DNA of 64,000 bases, taken from the NCBI GenBank assembly GCA_033442325.1, contig JAWQFM010000002.1, positions 666,182 through 730,181 on the forward strand. Direction: 5' to 3'. Source of the stretch: Salpingoeca rosetta. Taxonomy: Eukaryota > Protista > Choanoflagellata. Below are positions 1-14,732 of this stretch, piece after piece. Numbering within the stretch: position 1 is the stretch's first letter; each line of letters opens with the position of its first letter. Both the position numbers and the translations under genes were made by a program. The notes below the pieces were generated by a model. The model had not been told where the DNA came from, did no database searches, and worked only from the letters and a program-made list of their open reading frames with translations.

Positions 1-810
1 GCCGACATGTACCGCGAACAGTGCATTCAGGTGCGCATTAGCGTTGGGGATGTATTGTTGTGAGTGCTCAGTTTGCTGTCTTACGTCTTTGCCGTTCTTG
101 TTGCACCGCAGTTCAGCTCACGACCTTGTGCGAACACACACACACACACACATACACACACACACACACCAAACGCTCACGGACGCACGTGTGGTTTATT
201 GTGGGTCTTGTCGGCTAGCTGGAGGACGAGTTGTGCAGACTGAAGGAAGAACGTGAGGCGGCGAAGAAATACGAGAACAAAAAGTTCGTGCCCGTGGCGT
301 GTCTGTCGTGGTGTGTTTGTTGGTCGGAAAGTTTGCTCATGCGATTGCGTGGGGTGTGCCACAGATCGTGTGTGCGTGTGTGTGTGTGTGTGTGCATACG
401 TGGGCGGCTGCTTGGGTTTTCGCGAGTGGCGTGCCTCTTGTGTTGATGTCTACAGCCTTCTTTGAGTCGGCATGTTCATACGAGTGCTGACAACTTCTCA
501 CACACACAACCACTTGTGCTTTTAGGGCAAAGTCTCAGTCGAAGCGGGCCGACATGTGGAAGGCGCGATATCACGAGTTGGAGCGCAGGCGGGCGCTGGA
601 GGTTGAAGGGTACAAGACAGACATCAAGATGCTGCGCACAAAGATGAAGGACCTGGAGAAGAGCATGTACAAGCTCGTTCTTCATGGCAGCCAGAACGAC
701 GACCAGCACTCGCATGTATGTACCATAATCACCAAGGGCGTCGATGGAGGGCAGAGGAGAGTCGGTGATGGGGTGGTACACGGGGACACAAGAGACGGGA
801 GCTTGCTCTA

Positions 811-884
<74 letters not shown>

Positions 885-1257
885 TGAGTGTGTGTGTGTG
901 TGTTCTTGGTGCGCATGCGCGTGATTACGAGGCTCGTGGGACACGTGCTTTCTGGTTTACCACTCTTCAGTAATCAGCCTTTCTCTCATGTGTGTGCTTG
1001 CTTGTGTGTCGCTGTGCGGTTGCTGCGGCATTATTTCCAGATGATGCAGGACATTCGAAAGGCCACCGCACGCACCAGCAAGATGGTCGGCAGTCTCCAG
1101 GTAACACGCTGAGTGATGTGTTCATGCGAGCATTTGCTTGTGTTGAATGGCCGATTTCTCATTCTCCGTGTCTCTGTGCTGTGTCGTGTGCTATGTGCTG
1201 TTGCAGAACTTGAAGGGCCGCATCTACCAGTTGGAGCACGACGTACACCGTGCCTGA
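1..1257 (+). CDS. CCDC77: Coiled-coil domain-containing protein 77-like, 3' portion (5' end outside window); exons approx 1-30, 219-~283, 526-715, 1041-1100, 1207-1257
   Basis: Spliced translation ...EQCIQ|LEDELCRLKEERE...|RYHELERRRALEVEGYKTDIKMLRTKMKDLEKSMYK...|MMQDIRKATARTSKMVGSLQ|NLKGRIYQLEHDVHRA* closely resembles the C-terminus of animal CCDC77 ([21 protein letters not shown]...NLKSKVFGLE). GT-AG borders present; TGA at 1255-1257. Confidence 0.85.
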
Positions 1258-1282
1258 GTTTCTTGTTGATGAACAAAAGCGC

Positions 1283-1427
1283 GCGCACACCACATGCGCA
1301 CATACACACACCACACGCGCGCACACACACACACACACCACATGCGCACATACACACACCACATGCGCACTTACACGCACACACACGCACACCACATGCG
1401 CACATACACACACACACACACATACAC
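1283..1427. repeat. Imperfect minisatellite (CACACCACATGCGCACATACA-like units) downstream of the CCDC77 stop
   Basis: About 5 visible copies of accaca(t/c)gcgc(a/g)c separated by CA runs. Confidence 0.7.
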
Positions 1428-1877
1428 CCTTCGTGCCCACTGTTACTGACGTGATGTGGTGTGATCACCGTCGCCAACTGGCTTGCTTGCGGTCATTGGG
1501 GAGTTCCGCAGGCAAACGCTTCCCTTCTTTGGACACGCTTACCTCTTGTTGTACATTGTTCCTCCTTCTTTTGGTTCTTGTTTTCAGACACATAAACGGA
1601 CTTGAAACGAAACAGCCATGCCAGAGTGAGGGGGAGTATTTGTGTCTGCGCGATGGAGAGGGAGATTGCTGAAGCGAGGGCGCAGCGCAGCGGCACACTG
1701 AGCACACTGAGCACACAAGTCGCGCAGCACGAAGGACTTGCTTGGTGTTTTGTTGCTTCAAGTCTTGGCGATTGAAGGAAGATACAATCAATTTTCGGCA
1801 AACTTTGAGGGGACAACAACAACAAACAACAACCGCGCCACCACCACCAAACAACTGAGCAAGCAAGCAACTCAAGC

Positions 1878-4273
1878 ATGAATGTGGTGCAGCAGCTGTT
1901 CTCGGCAGTGGAGGAAGGGAACGCAGAGAAGGTGGCGTTCCTTGTCAAGAAACACAGGTGTGTGTGTGTGTGTGTCGCTGTGTGTGCATATGAATGTGCG
2001 TGTGCGTGTGAATGGTGTCGAGCAGCTGTTGCGATCGCTAGTTTGAGCAATCACGCTTGCACAAGCACACACGCAACACAAAACGAACACAACAACACCA
2101 CAAGCACACGCACGTAGGCAGTGCAGTTGATCGAGTTCTTGTTGAGCGCGTTCATCATTGTTTCTGCCTTGTACATGTACAGGTGTGTGGATGCCAGGGA
2201 TGCAGTCGGGGCAACGGCACTGCACCACGCTGTCTCAAATGGCAAGCTGCGTGTTGTACAAGCCCTGCTCCAGGCGGGAGCAAACGTGAACGCTTCCGCA
2301 GACAACCCTCAAGTCAGTTTCAAGACAGGTGCCACACCACTTCACTACGCAGGTCTGTGACTGTGATGTTTGTTTCTTTTTTCTCGCAGCAGAGGGCGCA
2401 GGCCCGTATGCGGCACGTGTCAAAACTGCACCACGACAGGTCCTGCTTCTGCTCTGGTCATCACAGACAGTGGCTCACCCAATGAGCATGTGCACATGTG
2501 TGTGTGTGTGTTTACATGTGTGTGTGTGTGTGCTTCGTGCCGTTGCGGATCGGTGGCAGCGCGTGCTGGTCGCGTGCCGTGTGTTCGTGCGCTGTGCCGT
2601 TTTGGAGCGGATGTCAACGCCAAGGACGACAAGGGTGTCACTCCTCTTCTCATGGCAGCAAGAGGTGCGAATGATGGCCGGGGGGGGGGGGAGGTGGGGC
2701 CGGGGAGGAAGGTTTGTGCTTATGATCTGCGCTTACGCATGGAATGTGTGAGAGAGAGAAAGTTGTGTGTGTGTGAGTGTGTGAGTATGTGTGTGTGTGT
2801 GTGCATTCAGTGAGTATGTATTGTGTGTACTTTCTGCGCCATGCATTTTCATCAAGGTTGCGTGTCTGAGTAAGCGTGCATCTTCTTGTTCTCCACCGAT
2901 CCATTCAGACTAACCCATGCTCGTGTCTTTCCACACATACTCCCTGGCCCCTGTTCTTTTGTAGGCGGGCACTCTGATGCTGTCATTGCTTTGCTGGACT
3001 TCAAAGCGAAGATGCTACCTGACGACACGGGTATCACGCCACTTCACTCGGCCTGCGGGCGCGGCAGTGGTCCCACCATCCACGCCCTCATGAATGCCGG
3101 CGCAGACCCCTCTGCCAAAGACAAGTGCGTGTTTGAACGAGATAAAGGGGCGAGGGGGCACGTGTGTGTATCAGTCTGTACGTGTGTGCGAGGGTGTGAG
3201 TGACATGAGTGTGTGTGCGTGTGTATGAGTCTGCACGCGCGCGTGTGTGTGTGTGTGCGTGTGCGTGCGCGTGGTGGTGTTTGTCGCTGCTGGTGACCCT
3301 CCCCTCCTGACCTCTACTCCCAATCCCTGACCTATGCCATGCATCCACCATCTCGCTTCTTCCTCCGTCTGTCTCCTCTGTCTCTCTTGCGCCCTGCGAG
3401 CGTGCAGATACGGCTATTCTCCGCTCTTCTGGGCTGCGAGGAACGGGCGCAAGACCGCCGTCCGAACCCTCGCAGATCACGGCGTCACCCTCGACTTTGA
3501 CCAAGATGGCCAGTACGTCTGCGTGCGTGTGTGTGTGTGTGTTTGTGTGCGTGTGTGTGCATGTGTGTGTTTTTGTGTTTGTGTTTGTGTGAAAGACATC
3601 AGGTCTTCTCCACCATCACGTGCGCGGGTGCATGCCTTTTCACTTGTCTCTCCTTTGCACATTCTTGATTGGCCCGCTGGCTTTCTGCCACTGTTGATTG
3701 TACTTTCACCACCGTGTGCCCCACGATCTAATCACGACTCCCGCTCTACCTGACACGGTATTTCACGCGCGTATGCAGCACGGCGCTTGACATTGCACTG
3801 CGTTTCCGCCACGCCGAGTGCGCGAACCTGATCCGAAAACTGTACCCAGATGCGCAGGAGTGCAGTGCGCCGTGGAGTGGTGGTGACAGCGACACACACG
3901 TGCCTGCAGGCACTTCACGAGGCGCCAGCCGTCGCACATCGTCGTCAAGTCTCGGGCGCAGCAGCTCCGATGCCACCGCCACAGCAACCACGCTCCCCTC
4001 GTTCCTCACAGAGGAGGAGGAGGAGCAGGGGTACATGGATGTGACGCAGCCAAAGCGACAACAGGCCGTCAGTGGTGCTCCTTCTGCAAGTGCCACCAGC
4101 AATGAGGTACAGCGCGCCTCTGCACCAGGTGCGAGCGACCAAGCCAGCCTGCCACGCTTTGGTGAAGAGAGCGCAGATGCCGGCAACGACGCGTACATCG
4201 ACGTTGAGGAGGTTTCATTCGGCTTTTCAGGTGTGTGTGTGTGTGCGTGCGTGCGTGCTCGTTTTGTTTTGTT

Positions 4274-4348
<75 letters not shown>

Positions 4349-4377
4349 GTGCGTGTGTGTGCGTGCTCGTTTTGTTT

Positions 4378-4422
<45 letters not shown>

Positions 4423-5344
4423 TTGTGGAAGACCCTCCCTTTCACTCTCCATGCTTGTGAAATAAGCGCGTGCGTACGCGTTGTGCCTGCAATCTCGCCC
4501 CCCCCCCCCTCAGCTTGACGCTGATGGTTGTGTTGGTTACGTGTGTTGTGCGGGATTGGCTGCAGGCAAGCAATATGTGGTTCCTGCACCTGCGCCGAAG
4601 AGCAAGAGTGGTGATACAGCATCGGCAGGTCACGGTGGAGGCGGCGGCGATATGGTCGACGCGTACATTGATGTTGCTGATGAGGACCAGGGAGGGGAGG
4701 CGGAGACGGTGGCAGGGGCTGCAAAGCAGGGAAAGGGCAAGGGCCTCTCGCGGGCGAGTCGCCGACAGTCGAAGAAGGAGCAGAGGCGCCAAGAGAAAGA
4801 GCGCAAGAAGCAGGAGAAACTGCAGCGAAAGGCGTCCAAGAAGGAGGCACGAAGGCAAGAGAAGCAGCAAAAGGCAGACAAGCAGCGACAACAACAACAG
4901 GAGGAGGAGGAGGAGGAGGAGGAGGAGAGTCAGCTTAAGGAGCAGCAACAACAGCCAAAAGAGCAACAACAGCAGGAGCAGCAAGGAGAGCCGCAGGCGA
5001 ATTCTCCTTCGTCAGTACAGGAGACCCAGCCGGCGCTGGCCACCGGTACGGGTGCTGATGCTGGCGATGTGCTGCCACGTTTTGGAAGTCATGGCCAGGA
5101 TGGCGAGCAGACAGAAGAAGATGGCGGCTACATTCAGGTCGAAGATCCACCGCCAGCCACACAAGCAGGAAAAAGCAAGCATGGTGGGCCCCAGACACAT
5201 GTACCCTCTCCACAACAACAACAGCAGCAGCAGCAGCAGCAGCAACGACAAGAGTCTGTGCTGCCGCGCTTCAACGACGCAAGCGATGATGGGGAGGAAG
5301 TGGCCTTTGGCTTTGATGGCTCCTACCTCGCCATTGGCGACTGA
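1878..5344 (+). CDS. Ankyrin-repeat protein (about 6 repeats) with a disordered acidic/Gln-rich C-terminal tail bearing repeated Tyr motifs; multi-exon
   Basis: Exons encode [79 protein letters not shown] and TALDIA. Final exon 4566-5344 ends ...DGSYLAIGD*. Confidence 0.85.
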
Positions 5345-5863
5345 ATTCAGTCGCTAGGCAGGACTGCTGAACGTTTGTTTGTATTTGTGTGTGCACAGTT
5401 ATGTTACGCGCATATGCTTGTGCTTGTGTGTTCGTCCTTCATCCCTATTGCTTGCTTCTTGCTTGCTTGTTCTTTTATGGCTTTGTGCCCCCAGCCACCT
5501 CCCGTCAAACGTTACACGACGCAGCAATGATTGTGTCTGATGTGGACAACTAGTGTGTTGAGTTACACACACGCGCATGCCAGCGGTTTTGTTTTGGACT
5601 GTTACACGCCGTGCTTTTTTTTTTTTTCTGAGTTGTTTCTTGAGAATCCCTTTCCCTCTTTCCTCCCCCTGTATCTCCTTTGTGTCCCCCGTTCCTCGCA
5701 CTGCTCAGCCCTGCTGTTGCCCTTGCCATTGTCATCATGTCGCACCTTTCATTTTCACAGCTCGATCACCTGACCCTGTCTGTTGATCATACCCTCTACT
5801 CAAAGCTCATGCTCAAGATACACGAGCCAGCATAACCCCCACACGAGAGCAACACTGACGGAG

Positions 5864-7937
5864 ATGGAACAGCACAAGAGCGACGACAAGACGATGGCGC
5901 ATTGCCACAGCGAAGGTCGCAGCGACGTGAGCGACGAGCGCATGCAGGATGCGCAGCAGCAGGAGCAGCAGCAAGCCGCCATCGAGGCGCAATTGGCAGC
6001 CATGAAGCAGATGCTGTCCCGGCTCATGGGCGTGCAAGCCAAAGCCGAGGAGAAACTCGCCAATCTGCAGACTGCAGCGACGGCAGCAACACAAGCAGAC
6101 AGACCAGAAGCAGACACAACAACAGCAACAGCAGCAACAACAGCAGACACAATGACGACAGCAACAACAACAACACCAACAGCAGCAGCAGACGAGTGCA
6201 GCGCCACATCGACGCGGTCCGCGACGCCTGAGGTCGGCGATCGGGATGAGGACGCACACGTCAAGCGAGCGGAGGCTGACGAGGCGGAGGAAGCGGGAGA
6301 AGGTGGCATGGTTGTGAGGGAGGCAGAGGCAGAAAGCAACGACACGGTTCTTGCTGAAGAAGAAGAGCAGAGGGAGACGGGCGCCCATGTGCAGAGCGGG
6401 GAGGAAGCTGACCTGACGCAGGGAGAAGCGCAGGAGAACGAGAAATCCACAGAGGAAAGGAATGAGAAGCAGGAGAAGGACGATGAGGAGGAGAAGCTAG
6501 GTGTGTGCCCCGTGTTCACCAACGCACTGGTGTGCCTCAACCGGGCGTGGACCCCTCGACAGGATCGTGTCGTTGATTTCGCTGTGAACTTCCTGGGGAA
6601 GGACAGCGTAACTTTGCTCATTGCAGTGCGCAACGTCGCACCCAAGAAGCACGTGTTTGTGCGGTACACAGACGACGCCTGGGCCACATACAGCGATGCG
6701 AAAGCAACACAAGTTGGCATTCGCAAGAGCACCACCTCAGACGCAGCTGAACTCCAGTACATGACCTTCTCGGTGAGCCAATCGTGCACGTGCGCGCGTG
6801 TCTGCATTGTGTGCGTGTGTGTGTGTGTCTGCGTGACGTTATGTCTGTGTGTGTGCGTGTGTGTGTGTGCGTGTGTGTGTGTGTGTGCGTGTGTGTGCGT
6901 GTGTGCGTGTTTGCGCATTGTATTGTAGTTGTGGCCCTGGCGTGCTCACTCACGTCCTGTCCCACCTTCCTCGACACACCCACCAACACCCATCAACACT
7001 TGCGATGTGGACAGGCTGATGTGGTCTTTGCACCGCACGTGCATGAGGTGGAGCTGTGCATCTGTTACCGCGCTGGCGAGCAGACGCACTGGAACAACAA
7101 CGACGAGATGAACTACAAGCTGTCGATCATTGGTGTCGACGCCAGTGCGCAGAGCATGTTGCTGGAGAGCGTGAACGGCCACAAGGGCGAGTGCGAGCAC
7201 TGCACCACAGTTGTTTCGAAGAACGGCGAATGCCCCGTCTGCCTAACCCCAGACACCCTCCTCTACCCAAGTGTGCATTCCTGGGCCTCTGAGCACGTAA
7301 GTTGTCATGTCAACGGCAACTGCATGTATGCGCGCGTGCTCTGCTTCGACTCGTATTTCTTGACATCGCATTCCTGCTTGTGTGAACGCACGCATGTACA
7401 CACGTGCACACGTGCACACGTACACTCACACACACACACACACAATACACACACACACACACAATACACACACACACAATACACACACACACACACACAA
7501 TACACACACAATACACCCACACACGCACACAATACACACAGTGGGTTACGCAGGGTTGTGGGCACAGCGCGTGCCGCGAGTGTTTGGCCAATTGGTATCG
7601 GGTGCAAGTGCTGGACGGCGCACGTGTCATCCGCTGCATCGCACCAGATTGCGACCTGCAGGTCAAGCCGCCAGATGTGCACGTGGTGGACGTTCTCCTT
7701 GGCGCCTTGTTTGTTATGAACCAGCGTACCTCCCACGAGGGTCACTTCAAGGACATGATGCAAGACAGCGAGCTTGCGTGCTGGCTCAACGACAACGCGC
7801 GCAAGTGCCCGTCCTGTGCTGTTGCGGTGGAGCGTGAGACGGGCTGCAATGAGATGCTCTGCCACTGTGGTGCTCGCTTCTGCTACGAATGTGGCGAAAG
7901 TCTCGAAGGCGGCACGTGCTTGTGTTCAGAATACTAA
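5864..7937 (+). CDS. CBM21 carbohydrate-binding domain + RING1 + RING2(Rcat)-like RBR-type E3 ligase fusion; exons 5864-6772, 7015-7296, 7542(or 7554)-7937
   Basis: CBM21 motifs IAVRNVAPKKHVFVRYTDDAWATYSD and ELCICYRAGEQTHWNNNDEMNYKL. RING CPVC...CGHSACREC...CIAPDC. RING2-like CPSCAVAVERETGCNEMLCHCGARFCYEC. Both introns are GT-AG, phase 0, and join in frame. Confidence 0.85.
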
Positions 7938-7938
7938 C

Positions 7939-7973
<35 letters not shown>

Positions 7974-8631
7974 TGTGTGTGTGTGTGAGTGAGTGAGTGA
8001 GTGTGTGTGTGTGTATGTATGATATGTGTGTGTGTGTGTATGATATGTGTGTGTGTGCGCGTGTGCGTGCATTTGCTCTCCCCTCATTGATTTGATTCCT
8101 TCACACACGTCATTTCTGACCTCGCCCATGAATGAATGAGCGAGCTGCATAATAAACAAAACCAAACGCTACCCGCGTGTAATCGGCGGGAGTTGTGTGT
8201 AAGTCCGTGTACTGTCTTGATGGAAACAAGAAAGCAGGCAAGCGAGCGAGGGAGCAACGGGAGAGATGCATATCTCTCACCACAAAATCACGCATGCGCA
8301 GGCCATTGCCCAACTCAGCACGGAGACTGTCAGCAGCAGTATCACAACACAACACAGCATCAACACGACACGACACAACAAAACACAACACAACACAACA
8401 CAACAAGTCAACCAAACAAACGACACCACAAACGCACTGGCTGCCATTCGCGTTCACATAACACGACATGGAAGGTTACGGGACGGAAGGAGGCGGCAGG
8501 CAAAGCAGATACACACACCCAAAGCGGAAGCACAACCAACACGCCAAACAGCCATGATCAACAGCCGTCACCGTGCATGCATGGTCACACCTCTCTCCCG
8601 CCCGCGTCTTCCTGTTGAATCACCGTTGCGT

Positions 8632-10503
8632 TTACATGACCTCGTAGTTGGGGCCGCCGCTGCCCTCAGGCACCGTCCAGTTGATGTACTCGCGCGGCGT
8701 CTTGATGGAGCAGCACTTGCAGTGCACGCAGTTCTGTGCGTTGATGATGAGCTGTGGCTTGCCGTCTGCAGAGTCGCTACCATCCGAGTACTCGTACACG
8801 CGCGCGGGGCAGAAGCGCGACTCGGGCGCCGCGTACACGGGGTACGACACGTCGGCCGGCACATCGCTCAGCTCGGGCTTCACGCGCAGGTGGGAGGGCT
8901 GGTCCTCGTGGTAGGTGTTGCTGCGGGCAAGGTTGGAGAGCAGGTCAAACGTCAGCTTGCCATCGGGCTTGGGGTACTCGATGGGCTTAAACTCGGCCGC
9001 AGGGCGCGTGCGCTCGGCGTCTGTCTTGTCGTTGGGGAGCGTCCATGGCTCCTTGCCGCGCGTGATGAACGTGGACAGGCCAGAGTGGACCAGGCCGGGG
9101 CCGACGCCGTAGTGGAACGCCTGGTGGCAGTTGCGCACCTCCTTCAGCTCGTCAAACACCCACGACTTCTCCATGCTAGCCTGGTACTCCCGCACCTCGA
9201 CGCTTGCCTCCTCTGCGCTGATCTCGCCCGTCTCCGCCACGGGCGCGGTGCCGGTCGACGTGAGCGCGTCAAACACGGCGTTGCCCGCCAGCCGCCCAGA
9301 CTCCATGGCCGTGTGCGAGCCCTTGATCTTGACCGAGTTGAGGAAGCCTGCGCTGCAGCCGAGCAGGGCGCCGCCGGGGAAGGTGAGCTTGGGGATGGCG
9401 TGGTATCCGCCCTCGTTGAGGCAGCGCGCGCCGTACGCAATGCACTCGCCGCCCTCGAGGTGCTTGCGGACAGCTGGGTGCGTCTTCCAGCGCTGGAACT
9501 CCTCGTATGGGGAGAGGTACGGGTTCTCGTAGTCGAGGCCGACAACAAAGCCAACAAGGACCAAGTTGGGCTCCATGTGGTACAGGAAGGAACCGCCAAA
9601 CGTCTTGTCAAAGAGGCCCTGCTGCAGCGGCCAGCCGAGCGTGTGCTGCACAAACCCGGGCCTGAAGTTCTCCTCGGGGATCTCCCACACCTCCTTGACG
9701 CCGAGGCCGTATGTCTGCGGCTGCACGCCCTCGCGCAGGTTGAACTGCTTCATCACCTCCTCGCTGCAGCTGCCGCGGCAGCCCTCTGCAAAGAGCGTCT
9801 GCCGCGCGCGAAGCTCCATGCCGCGCGCAAAGGTTGCCTTTGGCGTGCCGTCCTTGTTGATGCCCATGTCGCGCGTGGCGATGCCCTTGACGGCGCCGTC
9901 GTTGCCGTACAGCACCTCGCTGGCAGAGAAGCCCGGGAAAATCTCCACGCCAAGCTCCTCCGCGTACTCGCCGAGCCAGCGCACGACCTTGGACAGGCTG
10001 ATGACGTAGTTGCCCTCGTTGTGCAGCTGCTTTGGCAGCAGCGCGTTGGGGATGGCAAAGGACGACGTCTCGTTGGGCAGCACGAGAAACTGGTCCTCCG
10101 TGACAGGGGTGCCAATGGGCGCGTCGCGCTCCTTCCAGTCGGGAATCAGCGCGTCCAGCGCACGCGGCTCAAACACGTTGCCGGAGAGGATGTGCGCGCC
10201 AACCTCGGCGCCCTTCTCCACCACACACACGGACAGCTCCTGGCCAGACTCTGCGGCGCGCTTGCGCAGCTGGATGCCGGCGGCAAGGCCCGCGGGGCCT
10301 GCGCCAACGATGACCACGTCGTAGTCCATAAACTCGCGGGGGCTGTTGAGGAGGTCGTCGGTCGCCTCCTCGGCGCGGGCGGCGGTTGCGGCGCGGTGCA
10401 GGGATGCCCGCGACCGGGCCATGCGCGCGAGGGTTGGGCGCGCAGCCCAGGTTCCGCATGCGTGGCGGACAGACCGCAGCAGCACGCTACCGGCAGCGGT
10501 CAT
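8632..10503 (-). CDS. ETFDH: Electron transfer flavoprotein-ubiquinone oxidoreductase, mitochondrial; single exon, 623 aa
   Basis: Arg/Ala-rich presequence, YDVVIVGAGPAGLAA FAD motif, EKGAEVGAHILSGN, YPKPDGKLTFD, and the C-terminal 4Fe-4S segment RFCPARVYE...INAQNCVHCKCC...PEGSGGPNY. Confidence 0.97.
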   Translation of the reverse strand: MTAAGSVLLRSVRHACGTWAARPTLARMARSRASLHRAATAARAEEATDDLLNSPREFMDYDVVIVGAGPAGLAAGIQLRKRAAESGQELSVCVVEKGAEVGAHILSGNVFEPRALDALIPDWKERDAPIGTPVTEDQFLVLPNETSSFAIPNALLPKQLHNEGNYVISLSKVVRWLGEYAEELGVEIFPGFSASEVLYGNDGAVKGIATRDMGINKDGTPKATFARGMELRARQTLFAEGCRGSCSEEVMKQFNLREGVQPQTYGLGVKEVWEIPEENFRPGFVQHTLGWPLQQGLFDKTFGGSFLYHMEPNLVLVGFVVGLDYENPYLSPYEEFQRWKTHPAVRKHLEGGECIAYGARCLNEGGYHAIPKLTFPGGALLGCSAGFLNSVKIKGSHTAMESGRLAGNAVFDALTSTGTAPVAETGEISAEEASVEVREYQASMEKSWVFDELKEVRNCHQAFHYGVGPGLVHSGLSTFITRGKEPWTLPNDKTDAERTRPAAEFKPIEYPKPDGKLTFDLLSNLARSNTYHEDQPSHLRVKPELSDVPADVSYPVYAAPESRFCPARVYEYSDGSDSADGKPQLIINAQNCVHCKCCSIKTPREYINWTVPEGSGGPNYEVM

Positions 10504-10650
10504 GATGGTGATGGTGGCGGTTGCGGGATGTGGGTTTGTGTGTGTGTGGGGAGGTTGTCGGTGGGGTTGGTTGGCCTGGCTATGAAGCAATGAATGGGTG
10601 AACGCAGCCCTATCCAGACAGAGAGCGAAGGAAGGAAGGAAGGAAGGGGG

Positions 10651-10681
<31 letters not shown>

Positions 10682-11314
10682 GGGAGCGAGAGTGCAAGAC
10701 ACAGAAGACGTGATGTGTGACACGATGATGTGAGCATAAGAAGCGCATGACTTAGAAAGCAAGCATCGTCTGACACGAGCACACACACGCACGCACACAT
10801 ACAAAGACACACAGGCAGAGTATACAGGCAGAGATATCAAGGCCGACAGACAAATACAGATAGACAGATAGACAGACAGACACACAAACACTCACAAACA
10901 AACAAGCACACACACACACACACACAACAAACTGTACGAGACATACAACACCATATCGATCAGGAACGAGCCACCGCGTCCAACCAACCAACCAACCATC
11001 GCCATCCATCCACCCATCTATCCACCCATCTATCCACCCATCTATCCACCCATCTATCCACCTGTAGCCGAACACACACGATCACTCCTCACATCCATCC
11101 ATCCATCCATCCATCCATCCATCCATCCATCCATCCATCCACCAGGAGCAGCCCATATCCCCTCCTTCGATTGCGGTTGATCCAGCAGAACAAACCTGAG
11201 CCACTGAAAATGGCTGCAATTCTGCATTTTCGCGCATTTTCGCTGACTCAGCAACCACACAGAACAAACGCAGAGAGGGCAGGCAGGACAACAAACACAA
11301 AGGAAGGCAGGACG

Positions 11315-14181
<2,867 letters not shown>

Positions 14182-14642
14182 ATACCGATTGATGAGAATG
14201 CGCACGTACGTGAGAGCACAGAACACACCAGATTGTTGTCCACTGCTTTACGCGGCTCTGCTTGACGACGAGCAGATGGTGCTTGGGGGGAAGAAACGAC
14301 AACAAACAGTGTGAAGCAAAAACAGACAAAGAAACCAAACACACACACACACACATACAGAGGTGAAAAACAAGCAGCAGTCACACTCGCGACTCGAAGC
14401 GGAAGAAACAACCAAAGACGAGAAAGGAAAAAAAAAGGTGAAGTCAGCCAAGCAGAGCAAAGCCACAACCCGTCAGTGCCACATGCGACTAAGGGCACAG
14501 CTACCAACTGTCTCGTTGAGATGCAAACGGACAAGGCACGCACCAGCAAAACGAAATCACCCAAACAACGCGCGGGAAGCAGGCAAAACGTATCCATCCC
14601 TACGACACACTCACACAGACATACACAGACACACCCACACAG

Positions 14643-14677
<35 letters not shown>

Positions 14678-14732
14678 TACACCCACATGGACACACCCAC
14701 ACATCCACTGTCACCCACACACGACATCACTT

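Noticed and set aside
5800-6918. 372-aa minus-strand ORF
   Set aside because: Antisense to exon 1 of the CBM21-RING gene; low complexity.
8266-10593. 775-aa plus-strand ORF
   Set aside because: Antisense shadow of the GC3-rich ETFDH CDS; no recognisable domain.
8632-10812. 726-aa N-terminally extended ETFDH from the ORF track
   Set aside because: The extension is microsatellite-derived and starts at a non-ATG codon. The ATG at 10503 gives a typical mitochondrial presequence.
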